From: an uncultured Reyranella sp.
Lineage (GTDB): Bacteria; Pseudomonadota; Alphaproteobacteria; Reyranellales; Reyranellaceae
Length of the DNA: 64,000 nucleotides
NCBI GenBank assembly: GCA_937919085.1
Contig: CALFRN010000045.1
Location: forward strand, 435 to 64,434
Direction: 5' to 3'
Positions 1 to 9,005 of the stretch are shown here, piece after piece. A model generated the notes under the pieces. It searched no databases. It was not told the DNA's origin and saw nothing but the letters and a program-made list of their open reading frames with translations. The position numbers and the translations under genes were made by a program. Position 1 is the first letter of the stretch; every line of letters starts with the position of its first letter.

Positions 1-31
1 TCCAAAGCCGCCGGCTGCCCTGAAGCAGACG

Positions 32-499
32 ATGGCCAAGCCGATTTCCGGCTACACCGATCCGGGCGATCTCCGGACGTTGATGACGAACGCCAAACGC
101 CTGGGTCGCGACGATATCTGGCGCGAGGCGTTTCAGCGCTTGTGCTCGCTTGAGGGCGCCGACCAGACCGATCCGCTGCATCGCGATTTCTACCGGACGT
201 TGGCGGCCTACGAGCACTTGCTGACCCAGAAGAACGGCCGCGCGACCCGCGCCAGCCGGACCCGCCTCAAGCTCAAGAGCAAGGGCGTGGTTCAGTGCCT
301 GGAGGACTGGGCGACGAGCAAGACGCCGACCGAAGGATATGAATTGCTGACGACGAACGACCTCGCCGAGCTGACCGGCGAGCATCTCGTGTTGAAGTAC
401 CCGGAGCAGTTTTCCGCCGAAGCGGTCGCGTCGGCAAAGGCACGCCTTGATGCAGCGCCGGCCTCTGCTGCCCCCGTTGCTCCGGCTGCGACGGCCTAA
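32..499 (+). CDS. Hypothetical protein, helical; may start upstream of the window
   Basis: 155-aa ORF with normal high-GC codon usage and an Ala/Pro-rich tail. The frame is open back to base 2 (PKPPAALKQT...), so the true start may lie outside the window. No family recognised. Confidence 0.75.
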   Translation: MAKPISGYTDPGDLRTLMTNAKRLGRDDIWREAFQRLCSLEGADQTDPLHRDFYRTLAAYEHLLTQKNGRATRASRTRLKLKSKGVVQCLEDWATSKTPTEGYELLTTNDLAELTGEHLVLKYPEQFSAEAVASAKARLDAAPASAAPVAPAATA

Positions 500-1146
500 G
501 CCGGTTCCTTTTCGCGCTCGGCCCACATCTTCTTGAAGGCGGGGCGGGCGTGGCAGGCGGCGAGCCAGGCCTTCACCTTCGGTGCGGTCTCGAACAGCTC
601 GGGCGCAGCGGCCTGGGCATAGCGCACGATCTCGGCGGTGTTGAGGTCGGCCACCGTGAAGCGGCTGTTGACCAGCCATCCGGTTCCAGCCAACGCCTGG
701 TCGAGCACGGCGAACGGCGCCTTCAGCGCCTCGACGGCTGCGTCGGCGATCCGGGGATCCATCGCGCCATTGGGATTGCCGAGGCGATGATAGAGCGCGC
801 TGATGGCATGCGGCTCGACCTCGGTCGCCGCCCACAGCGCCCACATGCCGATTTCGCCATCCTCCGCCTTCGTGGCCGGGCCCAGCGGGCCGCCGTGCTT
901 CCTGGCGAGATAGAGATTGATGGCCAGCGACTCGTGCAGGATCAGCCCATCGTCGTCGATCGACGGTACATGGCCGTTGGGGTTCACCTTGAGGAACTCG
1001 GGTGAGCGGGTGTGCAGCATCCCGGCAGGCTTGGGATCGCGATAGTGCTGGATCACCGGGACATGCTTGAAAGGCAGGCCGAGTTCGTGGGCCAGCCAGA
1101 TGTTGCGCGAGGCACGTGAGCGGTAGACGCCATAGATCGTGAGCAT
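496..1146 (-). CDS. Glutathione S-transferase family protein
   Basis: MLTIYG..SRASR N-terminus, NPNGHVP cis-Pro motif, ESLAI, and C-terminal FTVADL N-capping motif. Start set at the ATG at 1146. Confidence 0.93.
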   Translation of the reverse strand: MLTIYGVYRSRASRNIWLAHELGLPFKHVPVIQHYRDPKPAGMLHTRSPEFLKVNPNGHVPSIDDDGLILHESLAINLYLARKHGGPLGPATKAEDGEIGMWALWAATEVEPHAISALYHRLGNPNGAMDPRIADAAVEALKAPFAVLDQALAGTGWLVNSRFTVADLNTAEIVRYAQAAAPELFETAPKVKAWLAACHARPAFKKMWAEREKEPA

Positions 1147-1296
1147 GTCGAAACGGCCTTTCGCCAAAGGATCGCGAGGCTTGTCGCACACGCAGCAGGA
1201 CGAATACCAGCAATCTTGTGCATAACGCACATGCGAGAGGTTTGGCGACATTTCGTCGTTAACCATTTGAATATTAGAAAAATTATTTACTTCGCA

Positions 1297-1326
1297 CTTG
1301 CAGCATAACTGGGTGGTCGGCTATTA
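1297..1326 (+). promoter_or_regulatory. Putative sigma70 (RpoD) promoter for the sulP-usp operon
   Basis: CTTGCA-N18-CTATTA resembles the alphaproteobacterial CTTGAC-N17-CTATAT consensus and follows an AT-rich stretch at 1266-1290. Confidence 0.5.
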
Positions 1327-1332
1327 ATCGAC

Positions 1333-1474
1333 CTTCGATGGACCCGGCCTGCCGGGTGGCTTGGCCGGGCGCCTATCCCCCGGATAACGCAAAGCGATCC
1401 CAAGTCCCTGTATCCGGTCCCGGTATTCCCGGCACGGCGCGGGACTGCCCGCTCACCGCTCAGGTTCTCCCGAC
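1333..1474 (+). promoter_or_regulatory. Candidate structured cis-regulatory 5' leader (sul1-motif-like)
   Basis: Several stems with mutually exclusive pairings (1342-1357 vs 1343-1369; 1403-1446 vs 1439-1452) directly upstream of sulP. Confidence 0.4.
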
Positions 1475-2956
1475 ATGCCCTCAATCGCCTCGCTGCGCAG
1501 CGAATGGCTTTCCAATCCGCGCGGCGACATCCTTGCCGGGATCGTCGTCGCCCTTGCCCTGATCCCTGAAGCCATCGGCTTTTCGATCATCGCCGGTGTC
1601 GACCCCAAGGTCGGTCTCTATGCCTCCTTCTCGATTGCCGTCATCGCCGCGCTGGTCGGCGGCCGGCCCGGCATGATCTCGGCGGCGACGGCCGCCATCG
1701 CCGTGCTGGTCGTGCCGCTCGTGCGCGACCATGGCGTTCAGTATCTCTTCGCCGCCACCGTTTTGATGGGGCTCATGCAGATCGCCGCGGGATTCCTGCG
1801 TCTCGATCTTCTGATGCAGTACGTTTCGCGCTCGGTCATCACCGGCTTCGTCAATGCACTGGCGATCCTGATCTTCGCAGCCCAGCTGCCGCAGCTCATG
1901 AACGTGACCTGGCTCACCTATGCGATGGTGGCCGGCGGACTGGCCATCATCTATCTCTTCCCACGTCTCACCAAGGCAGTGCCATCGCCACTGATTGCCA
2001 TCGTCGTCCTGACCGTTGCCTCGATCTACGGCGGCCTGAACGTGAACACGGTGGGCGACATGGGCCAGCTGCCGTCGACGCTGCCCTACTTTGCGATACC
2101 GTCGGTGCCGTTCACCTTCGAGACCCTGCGCATCATTCTGCCGTTTTCGCTGACGATGGCCGCCGTCGGCCTGCTCGAATCGATGATGACGGCCCAGATC
2201 GTCGACGATCTCACCGACACGCCCAGCAACAAGCGCCGCGAGTGCAAGGGCCAGGGCATCGCCAACTTCGTCACCGCCTTCTTCGGCGGCATGGGCGGCT
2301 GCGCGATGATCGGACAGTCGGTCATCAACGTGAAGTCCGGCGGCAGCACGCGGCTGTCGACCATGGTTGCCGGCTGCTTCCTGCTGTTCCTGATCGTGGC
2401 GCTGGGGCCGCTGGTCAGCCGGATTCCCATGCCCTCGCTGGTCGCGGTGATGATCATGGTGTCGATCGGCACCTTCAGCTGGAAGTCGATAAAAAACCTG
2501 CGCAGCCATCCGTGGCAGTCCTCCGTGGTCATGGTGGTGACCGTCGTGGTGGTGGTGTGGACCCACGATCTGGCGCAAGGCGTCTTCGTCGGCGTCCTGC
2601 TGAGTGGCCTGTTGTTCGCCGGCAAGGTAATGAAGCTTTTCATGGTGGATTCCGAGCTTTCGTCCGACGGTCGCACGCGCACCTACAAGGTCACCGGTCA
2701 GGTCTTCTTCGCCTCGACCGAGAGGTTCGCCGAGGCCTTCGACTTCAAGGAAGTCGTCGACCGCGTTGTCATCGACGTTTCGGCGTCGCACTTCTGGGAT
2801 ATCTCTGCGGTCGGCGGGCTCGACAAGGCGATCCTGAGGTTCAGGCGCGAAGGAACGGCCGTCGAGGTCAAGGGGCTGAACGAGGCCAGCGCCACGATGG
2901 TCGATCGCTTCGGCACTCACGACAAACCGGGAGCGGGCGACAAGCCCGTCCACTAG
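1475..2956 (+). CDS. SulP/SLC26 family anion permease with C-terminal STAS domain
   Basis: [29 protein letters not shown] and [12 protein letters not shown] motifs; many hydrophobic helices; STAS-like GQVFFAS...D.SA.HFWDISA. Confidence 0.95.
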   Translation: MPSIASLRSEWLSNPRGDILAGIVVALALIPEAIGFSIIAGVDPKVGLYASFSIAVIAALVGGRPGMISAATAAIAVLVVPLVRDHGVQYLFAATVLMGLMQIAAGFLRLDLLMQYVSRSVITGFVNALAILIFAAQLPQLMNVTWLTYAMVAGGLAIIYLFPRLTKAVPSPLIAIVVLTVASIYGGLNVNTVGDMGQLPSTLPYFAIPSVPFTFETLRIILPFSLTMAAVGLLESMMTAQIVDDLTDTPSNKRRECKGQGIANFVTAFFGGMGGCAMIGQSVINVKSGGSTRLSTMVAGCFLLFLIVALGPLVSRIPMPSLVAVMIMVSIGTFSWKSIKNLRSHPWQSSVVMVVTVVVVVWTHDLAQGVFVGVLLSGLLFAGKVMKLFMVDSELSSDGRTRTYKVTGQVFFASTERFAEAFDFKEVVDRVVIDVSASHFWDISAVGGLDKAILRFRREGTAVEVKGLNEASATMVDRFGTHDKPGAGDKPVH

Positions 2957-2966
2957 GGGAGCGCAC

Positions 2967-3824
2967 ATGACACGGATACTCGCCTGCATCGACGCCTCGT
3001 CCTACGCGACCAGCGTCTGCGATCTTGCCGCCTGGGCGGCTGGCCGGCTGCCGGCCGGCGTCGAGATCCTGCATGTGGTCCAGCGCAAGGATGCGGTGGC
3101 CGCGCGGCACGACCTGAGCGGCGCCATCGGGCTCGGGGTGAAAAGCGAGCTGCTCGAGGAACTGACGCGGATCGACGAAGCGCAGGGACGGCTCGCCGTC
3201 GAGCAGGGACGCGCCCTGCTGGAAGGTGCGGAGAAGCGCCTGCGCGACGCCGGCCTGACCGATGTCCGGCAAATTCATCGTCATGGCGGGATCGTCGAGA
3301 CCATCGTCGAGCGCGAGGCCGACGCCGATCTCGTCGTGCTGGGCAAGCGCGGTGCATCGGGCGAGTTCGCGACCGATCACATCGGCTCGAAGATCGAGCG
3401 GGTCGTGCGTGCCAGCGCGAAGCCGGTGCTGATCGCCTCGCGCCAGATCGGCGACTTGCGCAACGTGGTCATTGCCTTCGACGGCAGTCCCGCCGCCATC
3501 AAGGCCGTGACCTTCGTTGCCGGCTCGCCGCTGTTTGCCGGCATGGCGGTTCATCTGGTCACGGCCGGTCATGAAGATGCCACCCATCGTGCCCGCATGG
3601 CGGAGGCGGTCGCGCGGCTGCACGAGGGACGAGGTGCGGCGCCGGTCTCGCTCTTTGCATCGGGCCATGCCGACAAGATGATCGGCGACTATGTGAAGGC
3701 GCTGCCCGATTCGCTCCTGGTGATGGGTGCCTACGGCCATTCGCCACTTCGGGCGCTGATCGTCGGCAGCACGACCACGACCATGATCCGCACGGTACGG
3801 GTGCCGGTTCTGCTGGTACGCTGA
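2967..3824 (+). CDS. Universal stress protein (tandem USP domains)
   Basis: ILACIDAS..., DLVVLGKRG, GSKIERVVR, LLVMGAYGHS and GSTTT motifs; SD GGGGAG; directly downstream of sulP. Confidence 0.93.
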   Translation: MTRILACIDASSYATSVCDLAAWAAGRLPAGVEILHVVQRKDAVAARHDLSGAIGLGVKSELLEELTRIDEAQGRLAVEQGRALLEGAEKRLRDAGLTDVRQIHRHGGIVETIVEREADADLVVLGKRGASGEFATDHIGSKIERVVRASAKPVLIASRQIGDLRNVVIAFDGSPAAIKAVTFVAGSPLFAGMAVHLVTAGHEDATHRARMAEAVARLHEGRGAAPVSLFASGHADKMIGDYVKALPDSLLVMGAYGHSPLRALIVGSTTTTMIRTVRVPVLLVR

Positions 3825-3850
3825 CCCGGGCGGACTGCGGGGCGACTGCC

Positions 3851-3879
3851 CTTGATGTTCCTATACAGGAATCCTATAT
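3851..3879 (+). promoter_or_regulatory. Putative sigma70 promoter
   Basis: CTTGAT-N17-CTATAT, one mismatch from the alphaproteobacterial RpoD consensus. Confidence 0.6.
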
Positions 3880-4050
3880 TCCTAACTCGTGCCTGACTTA
3901 TCGGGAAGGAATGGCGCTTTCGAAAATGCACGCTTCGGCCGCGCATCGGGCGTACCCTGCAGTCCCTCGATAGCCGAGCGATTCCAAGGCCTTGAGGCCG
4001 ATTCATTGGGACATGGACCTCCACGGGTCGTGGAGGCGGAAGGAGGCGAC

Positions 4051-4404
4051 ATGCAGGCCAGACAGCGACCGCAGCCGGTGAAGGACGCCAGCCATCTCTA
4101 CGAAGTCGAGCGACGGGCCAGGCACGCCGAACGTCCCGGCTTCCGGATCAGCGAACTGCAATTGTCGCCGACCCAGACGGTGCCGTGGCACTTCCACACC
4201 AACATCTCCGACACCTTCTACGTGCTGGAGGGGCAGATGCGGCTGTTCCTGCAGGATCCCAAGCAGGACGTGCGGCTGGGTGTCGGGGACAGTTTTGTTG
4301 CCGTGGCGGGCCGGCCGCATCTGGTGACGAACGTCGGTGAAGGCTCGCTCACCTTCCTGATCCTGCAGGGCGTCGGCGACTACGACTACGTGCCGCTGGT
4401 CTAG
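4051..4404 (+). CDS. Cupin domain protein
   Basis: PWHFH...FYVLEG and GRPHLV cupin motifs; strong SD AAGGAGG before the ATG at 4051. Confidence 0.88.
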   Translation: MQARQRPQPVKDASHLYEVERRARHAERPGFRISELQLSPTQTVPWHFHTNISDTFYVLEGQMRLFLQDPKQDVRLGVGDSFVAVAGRPHLVTNVGEGSLTFLILQGVGDYDYVPLV

Positions 4405-5942
4405 GGAGCGGGTCCGGAAGCGAACTGTAGCCGCAGCTCGCGCTTCAGCACCTTGCCGGTGGCGTTGCGCGGCAAGGCGTCGACGAAGGCCACCGACTGC
4501 GGCACCTTGAACTTGGCCAGGCGCGCGAGGCAGTGGCGGATGATGTCGCCTTCCTCCAGCCCCTGCTCGGGCTTGCGCACGACGATGGCCATGCCGACTT
4601 CGCCCCAGCGTTCGCTGGGCACGCCGATGATGGCCGCGTCGGCCACCTGCGGCAGCTGGAACAGCACGTTCTCGACCTCGGCTGGATACACGTTCTCGCC
4701 GCCGGAGATGTACATGTCCTTCCAGCGATCGACGATATAGACGAAGCCTTCCTCGTCCATCCGCGCGGCGTCACCGGTATGCAGCCAGCCGTCGGTGAAA
4801 CTCTTCCGCGTGGCCTCGGGATTGTTCCAGTAGCCTGGCGTGATGTTGGCGCCCTTGATGAGAAGTTCGCCGATGCCGCCCGGCGCCACGTCGGCGCCCT
4901 CGTCGTCGACGATGCGAATGGCGGTGTGCATCAGCGCCTTGCCGGCCGAGCCCAGCTTTCGGATGGCGTCGGTGGCATCGAGCATGGTGCCGGCCGGGCT
5001 GGTCTCGGTCATGCCCCAGCCCTGGACCAGCGGCACGCCGCGAGCTGTCCAGGTTTCGAGGATCGAGAGCGCACAGGGCGCGCCGCCGACGCCGGCGATC
5101 CTGAGGCGGGAGAGGTCGGCGGCCTGGAACCTGGGGTGCTGCATCATGAACTGGTAGGGCGCCGGCACCGCGAAGAAGTGGGTAACGCCGAGCGTCGGGT
5201 CGGAGAGGTAGTCGAGGGCGAGGCCGGGATCGAAGGCACGCATGATCAGGATGGTGCCGCCGGCATGCAGCACCGGGTTGGCGTAGCAGTTGAGACCGCC
5301 GGTGTGGAACAGTGGCAGCACGACGAGCTGCACGGTCTCGGGCGTGATCAGGGCGGGGATGCCGAGGTTGACGCAGTTCCAGAACACCATGCCGTGGGTG
5401 ATGATCGCACCCTTGGGATGGCCGGTGGTGCCCGAGGTGTACATCACCACGGCGGTGTCGTCGTGGGTGAGGTCCACCGGTTGCGGTCCCGCCGGAGCGG
5501 CGGCCAGGGCGCGCTCATAGGGGCCGTCGGGCCGGTCGTGATCGATCTCGAGGCGATGGGGGATGTTGCACAGGCCGGCGAGTTGGCCGGCCGATGCGGC
5601 AAAGCCCGCGTCGTGGATCAGTAGCTTGGGCGTCGAATCGCCCAGGATATACTCCAGCTCTGGCACCATGAGCCGCCAGTTGAGCGGCAGCATGATGGCG
5701 CCCAGGCGCCCGCAGGCGAACTGGACCTCGAAGAACTCGGCGCAGTTGGGGGCCAGAAGCGCCACGCGGTCGCCGCGGACAATACCCATTGCCGCCAACA
5801 CCGCGGCCAGGCGGTCGGTCCGCGCGTCGAGCTGGGCGTAGGTGAACTTCCGAGCCGTCTGCAGATCGTGGATCGCGAGCGTTGTTGGCCGGCGGCCGGC
5901 GTGATGGGTGATCCAGTCGTAGGCGGCGGGAACTCCAGGCAT
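4401..5942 (-). CDS. Acyl-CoA synthetase (AMP-forming; long-chain or aryl acid-CoA ligase)
   Basis: YTSGTTGHPKG (A3), GWGMTE, TGD, SGGENVYPAEVE and GKVLK motifs. Confidence 0.95.
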   Translation of the reverse strand: MPGVPAAYDWITHHAGRRPTTLAIHDLQTARKFTYAQLDARTDRLAAVLAAMGIVRGDRVALLAPNCAEFFEVQFACGRLGAIMLPLNWRLMVPELEYILGDSTPKLLIHDAGFAASAGQLAGLCNIPHRLEIDHDRPDGPYERALAAAPAGPQPVDLTHDDTAVVMYTSGTTGHPKGAIITHGMVFWNCVNLGIPALITPETVQLVVLPLFHTGGLNCYANPVLHAGGTILIMRAFDPGLALDYLSDPTLGVTHFFAVPAPYQFMMQHPRFQAADLSRLRIAGVGGAPCALSILETWTARGVPLVQGWGMTETSPAGTMLDATDAIRKLGSAGKALMHTAIRIVDDEGADVAPGGIGELLIKGANITPGYWNNPEATRKSFTDGWLHTGDAARMDEEGFVYIVDRWKDMYISGGENVYPAEVENVLFQLPQVADAAIIGVPSERWGEVGMAIVVRKPEQGLEEGDIIRHCLARLAKFKVPQSVAFVDALPRNATGKVLKRELRLQFASGPAP

Positions 5943-6054
5943 GCCAAGGGTCTTTCTGCATGGCGGGCGCGGACGAAGCGCGTGGCGGACGAGGAGGCGA
6001 TGCTAAGGTCCCGTCCGGTCGCGCCGCAAGCAGCTTCATGCTAGAGAAACTGAC

Positions 6055-7290
6055 ATGAACGATATGACCTCGCCGGTGCAGGAACGTGCCCCACCTGCCT
6101 TCAACCCACTCGATCCGGACTTCATTGCCGATCCCTATCCGTTCTATCGCGCAATGCGCGAGACCGCACCGGTGTTCAAGGCGCCGCAGGGCTTCTGGCT
6201 GATGACTCGCTACGAAGACGTTGCCTTCGCGCTGCGTGATCGCCGCTTCGGCAAGGACTTCGCGGGAAACATGATGCGGCGCTACGGCAGCGACCGGATG
6301 GAAGAGCCGGCGATCGCCAGCCTCGCCCACACCATGCTGGTGCAGGATCCGCCCGATCACACGAGGCTACGCGGTCTGGTAACAAAGGCTTTCACTGCCC
6401 GGCGCGTCGCCGACATGCGGCCACGTATCCGGGCACTGGTCGATGAGCAGATCGATCGCGTTGCCGGCAAGGGCGAGATGGACGTGATGCGCGACCTTGC
6501 GCACCGCCTGCCGGTGATCGTGATCTGCGACATGCTGGGCATTCCCGAGGAGCACCGCGCGCCATTTCTGGCCGCCAGCAACATCAACGGCCGCATCCTC
6601 GAACCGGTGCCGATGACTCGCGCCGAGCTCGACCACGCCAACATGAACACCAAGATGGCCGGAGCCTATTTCAACCAGCTCTGCGAACTGCGCCGCCGCG
6701 AGCCCAGGGACGATCTCACGACCGAACTGGTGAAAGCCGAGGAGGCGGGCGACAAGCTCACCGCGGCCGAGCTCGAGGCCAATATCAGCCTGCTGTTTGG
6801 CGCCGGCCACGAGACCACCACCAACCTGATCGGCAATGGCCTGCTGGCATTGCATCGCCACCCCGAGCAATGGGAACGGCTGAAGGCCGACCCGTCACTG
6901 ATCCCCAATGCCATCGACGAACTTCTGCGTTTCGACTCCTCGGTGCAGATCACCGGGCGTGTAACCAATGTCGAGGTCGAAATCGGCGGCGTGACGCTGC
7001 CGGCCAGCGAGAGCATCGTGATGCTGCTGGGCGCTGCCAACCGTGATCCGGCGCAGTACACCGATCCCGATATGCTCGATGTCGGGCGGCAGAACATCCG
7101 GCCGATGTCGTTCGGTGGTGGCATCCACCATTGCCTTGGCGCCCAGCTCGCGCGCCTCGAGGCCGAGCTGGTCTTCGCCGCGCTGATCGAGCGCCTGCCC
7201 AACCTGCGGTTGCCCGAGAAGGACGCACCGGCATGGCGGAGGAGCTTCACGCTGCGCGGCCTCAACAAGCTGCCGGCGGTCTGGCATTAG
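6055..7290 (+). CDS. Cytochrome P450 (CYP107/BioI-like)
   Basis: DPPDHTRLR, I-helix AGHETT, ExxR (ELLR) and haem motif FGGGIHHCLG. Confidence 0.96.
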   Translation: MNDMTSPVQERAPPAFNPLDPDFIADPYPFYRAMRETAPVFKAPQGFWLMTRYEDVAFALRDRRFGKDFAGNMMRRYGSDRMEEPAIASLAHTMLVQDPPDHTRLRGLVTKAFTARRVADMRPRIRALVDEQIDRVAGKGEMDVMRDLAHRLPVIVICDMLGIPEEHRAPFLAASNINGRILEPVPMTRAELDHANMNTKMAGAYFNQLCELRRREPRDDLTTELVKAEEAGDKLTAAELEANISLLFGAGHETTTNLIGNGLLALHRHPEQWERLKADPSLIPNAIDELLRFDSSVQITGRVTNVEVEIGGVTLPASESIVMLLGAANRDPAQYTDPDMLDVGRQNIRPMSFGGGIHHCLGAQLARLEAELVFAALIERLPNLRLPEKDAPAWRRSFTLRGLNKLPAVWH

Positions 7291-7292
7291 GC

Positions 7293-8000
7293 ATGACCGG
7301 GCGGTGGCGAGGAAAGGGCAGCCAGCACCAGGGGGCGCGGCCCTACCAGGAAGACAGCTGGGCATTGGTGACACTGGGCGACGGCTCGTTGCTGGCCATT
7401 GTCGCGGACGGCATGGGCGGTCATGCCGGCGGCGCGGTGGCAAGCAAGCTGGCCGTCGATGCGTTCGTCCATGCGGTGGAGCAGGGCGGCGGCCTTGCCG
7501 ATGGATTGCAGGATGCCAACGAAGCCGTGCGGATTGGTGCCGAACGCAAACCGGAACTTGCCGGCATGGGCGCCACGATCGTGGCAGCACATGTTCGCAA
7601 TGACGAAGTCCGCTGGATCAGCGTCGGCGACTCGCCCTTCTTTCTCCTGAGTGCGGGCAAGCTCGAGCGGTTGAATGCAGATCATTCGATGGCGCCGCAG
7701 ATAGATGCCCTGGTCGCGCGCGGCATGCTGACGACGGAGGAGGCCGAGCAGCATCCCGGGCGCCACACATTGCGCGAGGCCGTCATGGGCGACCCCCTGA
7801 CCCTGATCGACAAGGGCAGCCGCCGGCTCGGTGCCGATGCCCGCTTGCTGCTCTGCAGCGATGGCGTGCAAACCCTCACGGCTGACGAGATAGTGGCTGC
7901 GGCATCGCGGCCGGCGAGCGGCCTGGTCGAGCAGGTGCTGGCTGCGGCCAAGGACCATCAGGACAACATCACCGTCGTCAAGCTGGAGCGGGACCCGTGA
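7293..8000 (+). CDS. PP2C/PPM-family Ser/Thr protein phosphatase
   Basis: R..QED, VADGMGGH, VGDS, LCSDG and DNITV motifs; ATG 2 bp after the P450 stop. Confidence 0.93.
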   Translation: MTGRWRGKGSQHQGARPYQEDSWALVTLGDGSLLAIVADGMGGHAGGAVASKLAVDAFVHAVEQGGGLADGLQDANEAVRIGAERKPELAGMGATIVAAHVRNDEVRWISVGDSPFFLLSAGKLERLNADHSMAPQIDALVARGMLTTEEAEQHPGRHTLREAVMGDPLTLIDKGSRRLGADARLLLCSDGVQTLTADEIVAAASRPASGLVEQVLAAAKDHQDNITVVKLERDP

Positions 8001-8998
8001 CCGGAAGTGCGGTCGTCATCGAAATTACACGCGGCCCCATCGTCGAGAGCAGGCACGAGGGCATTGCGGCCATCGTGAAGGCAGATGGCGCGGTCGTGGC
8101 CTCATGGGGTGATATCGACTCGCCGGTACTGCCGCGCTCCGCCAACAAGCCGATCCAGGCCATGGCCTTCGTGGAGAGCGGCGCGATCGATCGGTTCGGC
8201 CTTGGCAACGAGCACATCGCGCTCGCCTGCGCCTCGCACAACGGCGAACCTCGGCATGTCGAGACGGTGCGGGCGTGGTTGAAACAAGTCGGACTGTGCG
8301 AGGATGACCTCGAATGCGGCACGCACGCGCCGCGTCTGCCGGCCACAGTCGAGGCCCTGATTCGCCAGGCAGCCGTGCCGACACCGGCCTTCAACAATTG
8401 CTCCGGCAAGCACAGCGGCTTTCTGACCACGGCCGTCCAGTATGGTGAACCGACCAAGGGCTACATCAAATACGATCATCCGGTGCAACGCCGTCTGCGC
8501 GCGATCATGAGCGACCTTTGCGGCGCCGATGCCGATGCCTTCCCCCATGGCACCGACGGCTGCGGCATTCCCACACTCGCCACGCCACTCAAGGCCCTGG
8601 CGCGGGCGATGGCCAGCATGGCCGATCCGTCGCGTCTGTCGAACAAGCATGCCGAGGCGGCAACCCGCATCCGAACCGCCATGAATGCCGAGCCCTTCAT
8701 GGTCGCGGGCAGCGGCCGGTTCTGCACGCGGATCAATGGCGCCCTGCCGGGCGTGGCGCAGGTCAAGACGGGTGCCGAGGGCGTTTTCTGCGCCATGTTG
8801 CCAACCCTGGGACTCGGCGTTGCGATCAAGATGTGGGATGGCGCGGGCCGCTCGGCCGAGGTCGCGATGGCCGCATTGCTCGACCACCTCGGCGTGCTGC
8901 CAGCCAGCCAGCGCGACGAGATCGTCCACCCGCCGATCAGGAACGTCGTCGGCCTGCTGGTTGGCGAGATGCGGCCGGCCAAGAGCTGGCTCGGCTGA
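7997..8998 (+). CDS. L-asparaginase II (Rhizobium etli AnsA type)
   Basis: RSANKPIQA, CASHNGE, NNCSGKH, DGCG and KTGAEG motifs; GTGA overlap with the PP2C stop. Confidence 0.9.
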   Translation: MTGSAVVIEITRGPIVESRHEGIAAIVKADGAVVASWGDIDSPVLPRSANKPIQAMAFVESGAIDRFGLGNEHIALACASHNGEPRHVETVRAWLKQVGLCEDDLECGTHAPRLPATVEALIRQAAVPTPAFNNCSGKHSGFLTTAVQYGEPTKGYIKYDHPVQRRLRAIMSDLCGADADAFPHGTDGCGIPTLATPLKALARAMASMADPSRLSNKHAEAATRIRTAMNAEPFMVAGSGRFCTRINGALPGVAQVKTGAEGVFCAMLPTLGLGVAIKMWDGAGRSAEVAMAALLDHLGVLPASQRDEIVHPPIRNVVGLLVGEMRPAKSWLG

Positions 8999-9005
8999 AC
9001 CAGGC

